Counted from the stretch's first letter, positions 1 through 6,328 are shown. The stretch is 62,068 bases of DNA from Patescibacteria group bacterium (GCA_029260935.1 JAJDCJ010000015.1:1-62068); one strand, 5' to 3'. The notes: generated by a model from the letters alone, not told the origin. Program-made: numbers and translations.

Positions 1-117
1 CGCTCAGCCCGCTCGAGTACTCGCGGGTCCTCGCCCACCTGCCTGCCTCTTTTCTTTATTTTTTAACATCATCCCCCCGAAAACCGTTCTCTGAAGTGGA
101 AGCAGGCAGAGTGGGGC
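1..117. repeat. Left arm of long perfect inverted repeat IR-A (partner 3075-3191); outer end cut by window edge
   Basis: Bases 1-117 are the exact reverse complement of 3075-3191 (117/117 by eye). The match stops at 118/3074 on the inner side and runs off the window on the outer side. Contains the palindrome CGAGTACTCG (14-23) and the 9-mers CATCCCCCC (70-78) and AAAACCGTT (80-88), which are also present in IR-B. Confidence 0.9.
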
Positions 118-199
118 TCGGAAAAACAACGCCTCATATACCAGGCAATTGAGGTGTTTGGTGCCTAGAGTGCATGAACTCCACCGCTCGGCCATTCGG

Positions 200-221
200 C
201 CTCGGGCATTTCCGCTAGGGC
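200..221 (+). repeat. 22-nt motif CCTCGGGCATTTCCGCTAGGGC, forward copy
   Basis: A perfect inverted partner lies at 477-498. A 2-mismatch copy lies inside the recombinase CDS at 5244-5265. Confidence 0.85.
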
Positions 222-306
222 TACTCGCACCTAGTTTTCTAGGAGCACCGCTACTCCTCGCCAGTGTCGCCTGCGGGCTCCCTGTCTTCGGGCGGCACAC
301 TTTTTT

Positions 307-331
307 GGGGGAAGGACGGCATCCTTCCCCC
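307..331. other. Strong GC hairpin (10-bp perfect stem GGGGGAAGGA / TCCTTCCCCC, 5-nt loop)
   Basis: Read directly from the sequence. Lies in the GC-rich noncoding block 118-613. Confidence 0.8.
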
Positions 332-476
332 AGCGCCTCCTCGGCTCGGCAGGGCTCGCCCAACCGTCGGCGCCAACCCCCAACCTCGTTTTCATATCCA
401 TTCGCTCGTAATGTCGCTTCCGCTTCTAAAATCAGTATTTCAAAACAACAACGGCGCTCATCCATGCACACTGGCC

Positions 477-498
477 GCCCTAGCGGAAATGCCCGAGG
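477..498 (-). repeat. 22-nt motif CCTCGGGCATTTCCGCTAGGGC, reverse copy
   Basis: Exact reverse complement of 200-221. With its flanks (about 45 nt) it resembles recombinase codons RSSGISARASVYG at 5240-5278. Confidence 0.85.
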
Positions 499-540
499 AC
501 CGGAACTGCAAAACTACAGAAAACACCACTCACTGTTCAT

Positions 541-569
541 GTGCTTGCCCCACCCACCGTGCGCGCACT
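541..569 (+). repeat. 29/30-nt direct repeat GTGCTTGCCCCACCC(A/TC)CCGTGCGCGCACT, copy 1
   Basis: Near-identical copy at 3363-3392 (1 substitution plus a 1-nt indel). Confidence 0.8.
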
Positions 570-613
570 ACTCCCACACCAATGAAAGTGGAAAAGTTGG
601 TGTGTGGCTCCCG

Positions 614-763
614 TTAGATTTTCTTTTTCAACTTATCAAAATACACGTCGAGTGACAGTTCTGCCATTTTATATAAATCGCTTCTAAGTTCCTCAACTTG
701 TTCGTCTGTCATATCTAGAGAGTCTTTACCAAGATGTTGACGGCACTGTTGGATAGAGAGCAT
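614..763 (-). CDS. Hypothetical small protein, 49 aa (MLSIQQCRQHLGKDSLDMTDEQVEELRSDLYKMAELSLDVYFDKLKKKI)
   Basis: Hand-translated ATG..TAA ORF below the 60-aa cutoff. Its composition is helical and protein-like, unlike the GC-rich block next to it. No homolog recognised. Confidence 0.35.
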   Translation of the reverse strand: MLSIQQCRQHLGKDSLDMTDEQVEELRSDLYKMAELSLDVYFDKLKKKI

Positions 764-791
764 AAATTAATGTTATCACTCGGTACCATAA

Positions 792-1043
792 CTAGACAGT
801 CGAGTCTGACTTGTCTTTCTTTAAAATTGACTTAAAGAAAATGTTTACCAAAAGATAGGGTAAGCCAAAGTAAAGAATAAGAGCAATAAAAAATTCGATT
901 GCCGCTCGTAAAAGATCACTACTAAAAGCATCAAAAACGGCGTATAAGAAAAGAAAAACACCAGTCCATTTGAAAGATTTCAAAAGCCACGCTAAGTATT
1001 CAAACTTTTTTCCTTCTTTATTTGCCATGTAAAAAGTATACAC
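792..1043 (-). CDS. Small membrane protein (2 predicted TM helices)
   Basis: ORF track; hydrophobic stretches GVFLFLYAVFDAF and FFIALILYFGLPYLLVNIFF. Alternative ATG at 1028. Confidence 0.5.
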   Translation of the reverse strand: MYTFYMANKEGKKFEYLAWLLKSFKWTGVFLFLYAVFDAFSSDLLRAAIEFFIALILYFGLPYLLVNIFFKSILKKDKSDSTV

Positions 1044-1054
1044 TAGCTTTACTT

Positions 1055-1330
1055 TTAGTTTCCAGGACTATTCCAAGAATCATGTGGAATACCAATACCA
1101 TCTGAACCAAAAAGAAATTCATTGAAAGGTCCTGCCCATTGCCAATTAAATAGCCCGCTTATAATCGTCCAGACCATAAGAGCTATAAATACAACCAAAA
1201 AAATCTTATCCCACTTGCTTGAGGTGGTCCACCACCTTTTTATACTCTTCTTTATGCTCCTGAATACAGTCGATTCATCTTCAGGCACACCAAGAGTTTT
1301 ATTTTTTGGAGGTATAAATAATGATTTCAT
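1055..1330 (-). CDS. Small membrane protein (1 TM)
   Basis: ORF track 1055..1357. The internal ATG at 1330 (MKSLFIPP...) avoids overlap with the upstream gene, whose stop is at 1332. TM segment: IFLVVFIALMVWTIISGLF. Confidence 0.5.
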   Translation of the reverse strand: MKSLFIPPKNKTLGVPEDESTVFRSIKKSIKRWWTTSSKWDKIFLVVFIALMVWTIISGLFNWQWAGPFNEFLFGSDGIGIPHDSWNSPGN

Positions 1331-1331
1331 G

Positions 1332-1628
1332 TTATTTTTTGTATAAGTAAAAGCCAATAATTGCCGCTGCTACGACATCTAAAATTTGCCAAGTTTCTCG
1401 TGCGAAATAGAATGGGAATAGTGGATTGAAGAGTATTGCCGTAATTCCAAATATCCACGTCCAAGTGAATTTCTTACTCTCATAGCTTGTATACGCTATG
1501 TAAATAGCTACAGCAGTGACTACCCATCTTAATAGTTGAAAATAGAAATAGGTCCAATCTCCGAAAGCTCCTAAAAGAAAAACGATCGCAAGAATTAAAT
1601 ACCAATTTTGTTTAAGAAAGTTTTTCAT
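1332..1628 (-). CDS. Small polytopic membrane protein (3-4 TM); resembles a widespread uncharacterised small-TM family
   Basis: ORF track. The C-terminal pattern FNPLFPFYFARETWQILDVVAAAI recalls a conserved FNP..P...R..W...D motif family. This is from memory and unverified. Confidence 0.55.
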   Translation of the reverse strand: MKNFLKQNWYLILAIVFLLGAFGDWTYFYFQLLRWVVTAVAIYIAYTSYESKKFTWTWIFGITAILFNPLFPFYFARETWQILDVVAAAIIGFYLYKK

Positions 1629-1843
1629 ATACCACTTCTATGTAAGCGTGCTTGATAATTCTCAAAATCGTTCTCACTGAATGGTTTTGATAGACTTGAC
1701 AATCCTTTTCCTTTCGAGTTCAAGTATCGATCAGAGCAGTCGCTCTTAATATTTGATGGTCTGACTTGAAACCAGTAAAAGGAAAATCCTAATATTATTA
1801 GTATTATAAAAATAATATATTTGTATTGTTTTAATTTCTCCAT
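1625..1843 (-). CDS. Small membrane-anchored protein (N-terminal TM)
   Basis: ORF track; YIIFIILIILGFSFYWF. Overlaps the downstream gene by 4 nt, which suggests an operon. Confidence 0.45.
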   Translation of the reverse strand: MEKLKQYKYIIFIILIILGFSFYWFQVRPSNIKSDCSDRYLNSKGKGLSSLSKPFSENDFENYQARLHRSGI

Positions 1844-1892
1844 ATTTTCAGCATATCATTTATGGTTCCATTGAGTGTGGTATACATAAAGT

Positions 1893-2096
1893 ATGGGCTT
1901 TATTATCATAGGAGTAATTGGAATCGTTCTATCAGCAATATTGACGCAGCACTTTGTAAAAAAGAACGGACTACCCACTGAAATGACAGAACAACTTCCT
2001 GGAACAGGGGTTATTCCTAAGTGGGTGTCATTAATAAATCTAGCTGGTTGGGCTTTAATTGTTTGGGGTGTTATTAGTTTTTTTATTGGTAGTTAA
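1893..2096 (+). CDS. Small membrane protein (2 TM)
   Basis: ORF track; two hydrophobic helices. Confidence 0.5.
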   Translation: MGFIIIGVIGIVLSAILTQHFVKKNGLPTEMTEQLPGTGVIPKWVSLINLAGWALIVWGVISFFIGS

Positions 2097-2294
2097 TCTA
2101 TTATATCAAAACCCCGTCTCAATTAAATAACGAACAATTCCAATATTTATAACGCACTAAAAGAACAGAAGAAGTATTTAGAAAAAATAGAAACCAAACT
2201 TATTTATTTTTGGTTCAGGAGATATTCTACGTCACGATTCTTGGCAAAGCCCATGAAACTAACAGTACACTTCTAATTCTTGTATACTTACTTC

Positions 2295-2495
2295 ATGACC
2301 CAATCAGAATATATTGCAGCTACGGTTTCTTATTTCCTCCCCTTTTTAATAGCCCCGATAATTGTCGGGGCTATATTCTCGTTAGTAGCTTGGTTACTCA
2401 CAAAAAAACGTTCAACTAAGAAATCTATCATTTGGTTTGTAGTAGGGTTTCTACTAGCAGCCTTTGTCATCTTTTATGGGTTAAGTCTAAAATAG
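2295..2495 (+). CDS. Small membrane protein (2 TM)
   Basis: ORF track 2280..2495. First ATG at 2295, preceded by TATACT (2283-2288). The overlapping 2210..2419 frame looks less protein-like. Confidence 0.5.
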   Translation: MTQSEYIAATVSYFLPFLIAPIIVGAIFSLVAWLLTKKRSTKKSIIWFVVGFLLAAFVIFYGLSLK

Positions 2496-2513
2496 AACTT
2501 CATATAATTTAAA

Positions 2514-2729
2514 CTAAAACGACCCTTTAATCCAACCAATAAAAGCAGCTAGTAGGAGTACAATAATTAAGAATAGCCCGCCCTTCCACGTATGCAGCCT
2601 TCTGTTTTCTTTGTATAGATAAATAAAATCACGTTTTTCGTTTTGAGATTGTACTGCATCTTCCCAACGATCCTCCGCGTCCAATTGTTCGCTTTCTTCC
2701 TGAATTGCTTTCCAGTCAATTTTACCCAT
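2514..2729 (-). CDS. Small C-terminally anchored membrane protein
   Basis: ORF track. Acidic N-terminal half followed by the TM segment GGLFLIIVLLLAAFIGWI. Confidence 0.45.
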   Translation of the reverse strand: MGKIDWKAIQEESEQLDAEDRWEDAVQSQNEKRDFIYLYKENRRLHTWKGGLFLIIVLLLAAFIGWIKGSF

Positions 2730-3031
2730 TAAGACTACTTATACCAGAACATCCAACTCCTGTATACTCAATCCAATATCTATACGGAAGGCTGAAAGTT
2801 CGGAAAGCCACACTTCGGGGTCACAAATTTTCTTAGGGCTTAGTTAAGCCGCTTGTATAAAAATACCCTACTAACACATTAAAAAAGCGCGTATCTTTTA
2901 CAAGCTTATTGAATCTATTTTTAAGATTTTTTCCTTTTTCGTTTGTTACAAATGTTAAATCAGTTGTCATATTATTTCAAAAGCTTGTCTATTCAAATAA
3001 TCGCATAAAAACAGCTAAAAAGCACTATCAA

Positions 3032-3059
3032 AAACGGCTCAACTTGGGTTGAGCCGTTT
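3032..3059. terminator. Perfect 12-bp hairpin AAACGGCTCAAC-TTGG-GTTGAGCCGTTT
   Basis: Read directly from the sequence. A/T-flanked and symmetric. Shares the stem core AAACGGCTCA/TGAGCCGTTT with the hairpin at 7962-7991. Confidence 0.45.
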
Positions 3060-3074
3060 AGGGAACAAAAACCC

Positions 3075-3191
3075 GCCCCACTCTGCCTGCTTCCACTTCA
3101 GAGAACGGTTTTCGGGGGGATGATGTTAAAAAATAAAGAAAAGAGGCAGGCAGGTGGGCGAGGACCCGCGAGTACTCGAGCGGGCTGAGCG
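3075..3191. repeat. Right arm of IR-A
   Basis: Exact reverse complement of 1-117. Confidence 0.9.
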
Positions 3192-3257
3192 CCGAGTCCG
3201 CGAGGCGCGATTAGCGCGGGTTCTGTTGGAAATAGGTTCGAGCTAGGGCGTAAAGAC

Positions 3258-3350
3258 GAGCCCAAAGTAGGTTTGATTCAGAATTTCCAGAATTTTTTCT
3301 GATGGCGCGAAGCGCTTCATAGGGGGGATGAGCGGAACCAGAAACGGTTT
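3258..3350. repeat. Left arm of perfect 93-bp inverted repeat IR-B
   Basis: Exact reverse complement of 5577-5669 (93/93 by eye). Mismatches flank it immediately at 3257/5670 and 3351/5576. Confidence 0.9.
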
Positions 3351-3362
3351 AGAGAACTAGCA

Positions 3363-3392
3363 GTGCTTGCCCCACCCTCCCGTGCGCGCACT
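3363..3392 (+). repeat. Direct repeat copy 2 of 541-569
   Basis: See 541-569. Sits 12 bp inside the IR-B left arm. Confidence 0.8.
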
Positions 3393-3432
3393 GAAAACTT
3401 TCGCCGAGTATTGGTGCTCGTCGAATGACTCC

Positions 3433-4155
3433 CTATTTTAATCCGTACTGAGTTTTTATTTTCTCCATTCTTTCTTTTTCATGTTCCTGAAGGGCTCTTA
3501 TAACACGATCCACCGCAAAGGCAGGTTCTTTGTCATAGTTTGAATACATGGTAGATGCAAAATCTAGTTTTAAAATAAATAAATCAATTGTGTCCTGAAT
3601 GATTTTTAATAATGTTCTAATTTGTAATCCAGTAATTTTCACCTCTCCTTTTTTTAAATCATCATGGGCCAAAAATTTATCTCTGTATATTTTTAGATTT
3701 TTGATTACTTTTTGATTATTTTTTAAACGACGTCGAATCTTTTTGAGATCTTCAAGCGTAAGTTCCTTATAGCCACTCATAAGTTCGGGAATAAAATCTC
3801 GTCCCTGTTGATATTTAAAGAATTCCTTTTCTGAAAAAGAACTTAAGTTTTCTTGAGCAAAGTCTAAAAGCAAACCTATAGTTAAAGATTGTTTTCGGTT
3901 ACCTTCATCAAAAAACTTAGCTATTTCTATAAAAAAATAAACTCTGGCGGCCTCTTGAATTGATGTAAAAAAGTAAAGATGTTGTCCATATGTTTTCACA
4001 TTGGCTTCTGCTTTTCTTTTCCCAACTACATTAGGCGCAGCTATTTTCCTTAGCTGTTCATATATCCTAAAAGCTGCAAGAGTATGCAGATAGCGGGTTT
4101 GCAAGCTCTTTGTCCAATCAAATACTTCCTTAAAATTGTGCTGATGAGAATGCAT
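3433..4155 (-). CDS. HEPN-domain, abortive-infection-like protein (AbiU2-like guess)
   Basis: 240-aa all-helical ORF with the R-x5-H motif RDKFLAH, which fits the HEPN Rx4-6H signature. Divergent from the recombinase. Family assignment was not searched. Confidence 0.5.
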   Translation of the reverse strand: MHSHQHNFKEVFDWTKSLQTRYLHTLAAFRIYEQLRKIAAPNVVGKRKAEANVKTYGQHLYFFTSIQEAARVYFFIEIAKFFDEGNRKQSLTIGLLLDFAQENLSSFSEKEFFKYQQGRDFIPELMSGYKELTLEDLKKIRRRLKNNQKVIKNLKIYRDKFLAHDDLKKGEVKITGLQIRTLLKIIQDTIDLFILKLDFASTMYSNYDKEPAFAVDRVIRALQEHEKERMEKIKTQYGLK

Positions 4156-4171
4156 GGAAGTGAACGTATCG

Positions 4172-4177
4172 TATAAT
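4172..4177 (+). promoter_or_regulatory. TATAAT -10 box 6 nt upstream of the recombinase ATG 4184
   Basis: Exact consensus hexamer. The spacing implies a leaderless or near-leaderless transcript. Confidence 0.35.
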
Positions 4178-4183
4178 ACTATT

Positions 4184-5725
4184 ATGCGCTTTTTTCTTTA
4201 CGTCCGCAAAAGTACTGATAAGGAGGATATGCAAGTTTTGTCTATTGAAGCACAGCTTGTAGAACTGCGAGCATTGGCGAGAAAAGAGGGGATTGAGATT
4301 TCTCAAGAGTTTGTAGAAAAACAGTCCGCTAAACAACCGGGCCGTCCTATATTTAATGAAATGATGGCGCGAATACAAAAAGGCGAAGCACAGGGCATTG
4401 TGTGTTGGAAAATTGATCGCTTGGCACGTAACCCCGTCGACGGGGGACAAATACAGTGGCTTTTGCAAAGTGGCATTATTGCCCACATACAGACACATGA
4501 CCGTGCATACTACCCAACAGACAACGTGCTCATGATGTCTGTTGAGTTTGGTATGGCGAATCAGTTTATTCGAGACCTTTCTGTAAATACAGCACGCGGA
4601 CTCCGTGCCAAAGCACGACAAGGACACTTTCCCGGAACGGCACCAGTGGGATATATAAATAATCCGCGCACCAAGACAATTGCTGTTGATAGAAAGAAGT
4701 CGCCAATCATTCGTGAAGCGTTTGCACTCTACGCGCAAGGCAATTCGCGTTTTGAAGATATCGGACAGTTTCTGTTTTCAAATGGAATTAAAAGTTTATA
4801 TGGAAATCGTATACAGAAAGACCGAGTGAAATTTATCTTAAGCAATACGTTTTATTACGGCCCTTTCCAATACGGTGGGGAATGGTACGAAGGAAAACAT
4901 ACTCCAATCATTGATAGAGTCTTATTTGAAAAAGTACAAAAAGTCTTAGTAAGACGTGGACGTCGACAGTCGACAAAAAAAGAACCGCAAGCGTTGTGCG
5001 GATTACTGAAGTGTGGGGAGTGTGGCATGAGTATAACTGCCGAAGCAAAAACAAAAACACAGAAGAACGGAAACGTGCATCAGTATGTGTATTACCGATG
5101 TACTAAGAAAGGGAAGGTCTGTTCACAACCGTTTATACGAGAAGAAGAATTAACGGCTCAGTTGAAACGAGCCGTTTCTGACTTCGCCTTGCCGAAAGAG
5201 TGGGCAGAAGAAATGTTCACATTATCAGAGAAGGACGAACGGTCCTCAGGAATTTCCGCTAGGGCGTCCGTGTATGGCGCACGTGAGAAACTGGTAGAAG
5301 CTGATACAAAATTATCACGCCTTACTGACCTCTATGTTGACCAAGATATTGAGCGCGACGCTTATCTATCGAAGCGTCGCGCTTTAGTGGATGAAAAGAG
5401 GAAACTAAATGAGCAGATTGCTCGTTTAGAGGCCGATGCACATAGTTGGCTCGAACCTCTTCGTGAGTGGATACAGGAGGCTTCAATCCTAGAGGGAATA
5501 GCAAAAAGCACTACCGTAGAGACACAAAAGGTCACCGTGCAAAATATCTTCGGCTCGAACCTGTTTTTAAAGAACAAAACCGTTTCTGGTTCCGCTCATC
5601 CCCCCTATGAAGCGCTTCGCGCCATCAGAAAAAATTCTGGAAATTCTGAATCAAACCTACTTTGGGCTCCGCGGGTAGGACTCGAACCTACAACCAACTC
5701 CTTACACGTTATCCCTTATTACTAA
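4184..5725 (+). CDS. Large serine recombinase
   Basis: N-terminus FFLYVRKSTDKEDMQVLSIEAQ (catalytic Ser context) and CWKIDRLARN (resolvase domain). Recombinase domain, Zn ribbon CGLLKCGECG...YYRCTKK, then a long coiled coil. The track start at 4154 is also possible. The last ~50 codons run through IR-B and antisense into the tRNA. Confidence 0.85.
   Translation: MRFFLYVRKSTDKEDMQVLSIEAQLVELRALARKEGIEISQEFVEKQSAKQPGRPIFNEMMARIQKGEAQGIVCWKIDRLARNPVDGGQIQWLLQSGIIAHIQTHDRAYYPTDNVLMMSVEFGMANQFIRDLSVNTARGLRAKARQGHFPGTAPVGYINNPRTKTIAVDRKKSPIIREAFALYAQGNSRFEDIGQFLFSNGIKSLYGNRIQKDRVKFILSNTFYYGPFQYGGEWYEGKHTPIIDRVLFEKVQKVLVRRGRRQSTKKEPQALCGLLKCGECGMSITAEAKTKTQKNGNVHQYVYYRCTKKGKVCSQPFIREEELTAQLKRAVSDFALPKEWAEEMFTLSEKDERSSGISARASVYGAREKLVEADTKLSRLTDLYVDQDIERDAYLSKRRALVDEKRKLNEQIARLEADAHSWLEPLREWIQEASILEGIAKSTTVETQKVTVQNIFGSNLFLKNKTVSGSAHPPYEALRAIRKNSGNSESNLLWAPRVGLEPTTNSLHVIPYY
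5577..5669. repeat. Right arm of IR-B
   Basis: Exact reverse complement of 3258-3350. Contains the palindrome GAAGCGCTTC (5609-5618), AAAACCGTT (5576-5584) and CATCCCCCC (5597-5605). Confidence 0.9.
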
Positions 5726-5961
5726 GAGCGTGGACTATATCATCATCCGGTCTGGATGCGAGGCGCTTCCCCCATAAAAATGGAGTACTCCCTTTCGGGA
5801 TAGTCTCTGAACCTTTCCCGACATTTTGTTAGGACTTGGCTGCTGATTACCCTCGGCATGACCCGTTCGGGTTTCCAGCAATTCACCTCGTTTTTCAATC
5901 TGAATTCCTTCAGAAAGCTGCCTTTTGACAGGGAGCTGCTCTACCATTGAGCTACCGCGGA
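5667..5961 (-). tRNA. Intron-containing tRNA; exons 5961-5928 and 5704-5667; spliced anticodon most likely GUU (Asn)
   Basis: Minus-strand read: acceptor UCCGCGG / CCGCGGA (7 bp), D arm GCUC-AAUGGUA-GAGC, anticodon stem GCUCC/GGAGU, T arm GUAGG-UUCGAGU-CCUAC, discriminator G, no encoded CCA. The two halves are 223 nt apart. A 5' exon ending in U35 and an intron ending in G give the loop CU-GUU-AA. U1-A72 plus G73 fit bacterial tRNA-Asn. Confidence 0.8.
5705..5927 (-). ncRNA. Group I intron (IC3-like, 223 nt, no ORF) in the tRNA anticodon loop
   Basis: Contains the catalytic-core strings GUUCAGAGACUA and GAUAUAGUCC (P7/P7' as in the Tetrahymena and cyanobacterial tRNA-Leu introns). GNRA-capped hairpins CUGAA-GGAA-UUCAG and UCCC-GAAA-GGGA. 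Possible P1 CUGU/GCAG with U.G at the 5' splice site, and a terminal G before the 3' exon. Confidence 0.75.
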
Positions 5962-5992
5962 ATATATTGTTCTGAAAGAACATCTTCGCGGT

Positions 5993-6173
5993 GCTCAAGA
6001 ATTGAGCTACTACCGGAGTGACTGAGGATCACAGGAAAGCAGTTCTTTCATATGATCGAAGTCACGAACGGGAGCAAGGATGGTTTTTCTTAAAACCAGA
6101 CTTACCGCGGAATGTATTCTGGATAGAGAATTATTCCTTCCGCGAGAGCTCAAGTTTGTGCACCGCGGAATGT
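5993..6173 (-). repeat. Degenerate partial copies of the tRNA 5' end (ACCGCGGAAT-type) upstream of the tRNA
   Basis: ACCGCGGAATRT occurs at 5954-5965 (the true 5' end), 6104-6115 and 6162-6173. ATTGAGCTAC-TACCGGA at 6001-6017 mimics ATTGAGCTACCGCGGA. GCTCAAG occurs at 5993 and 6147. Confidence 0.6.
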
Positions 6174-6328
6174 GTCTATTCTACTTAAAAAAACCACCCC
6201 TGCCAAGTGTCCAAGTGATGATATAATGGAGTATAAGGAAGTGCGCGTATGGATTCGTGGCGCAGATCATATCTATGTGTTCCTGTAGTTCCTGTTATAC
6301 ATGACCACTTCAATACAAATGTTTTAGT

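Larger units (their letters stand above)
3258..5669. mobile_element. IR-B-bounded 2.4-kb cassette (HEPN/Abi-like gene + large serine recombinase); invertible segment or TIR-bounded mobile unit
   Basis: Perfect 93-bp inverted arms enclose exactly two divergent genes. The right arm ends 3 nt into the 3' acceptor end of a tRNA gene. Confidence 0.55.

Noticed and set aside
118-613. GC-rich block as tmRNA, RNase P RNA, SRP RNA or a tRNA
   Set aside because: I looked for the tmRNA 5' GGGG / 3' T-arm-CCA, the RNase P GGAAAGUCCGG / ACAGAANCCGGCUUA pair, and the SRP GGAA/AGCA domain IV motifs. Only loose resemblances appeared: GCGGAAAUGCCCGAGG and ACAGAAAACACC lie just 30 nt apart, and a TGGCCGAGCGGT D-loop-like word has no cloverleaf. 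A covariance-model scan is needed to exclude this firmly.
4-655. Track ORFs 4..471(-), 149..655(+) and 264..617(+) as protein-coding genes
   Set aside because: They overlap one another on both strands in a GC-rich block. They are Arg/Pro/Ala/Gly-rich with no recognisable motifs, and one runs through the IR-A arm. This is typical of spurious ORFs in GC-rich noncoding DNA.
4130-4738. 202-aa ORF antisense to the recombinase (also 4303..4488, 5322..5504, 5362..5577)
   Set aside because: These are shadow frames of a well-supported serine recombinase gene. They are Cys/His/Phe-rich with no motifs.
5735-5998. 87-aa ORF on the minus strand
   Set aside because: It is the translation of the tRNA 5' exon plus the group I intron, so it is RNA rather than protein.
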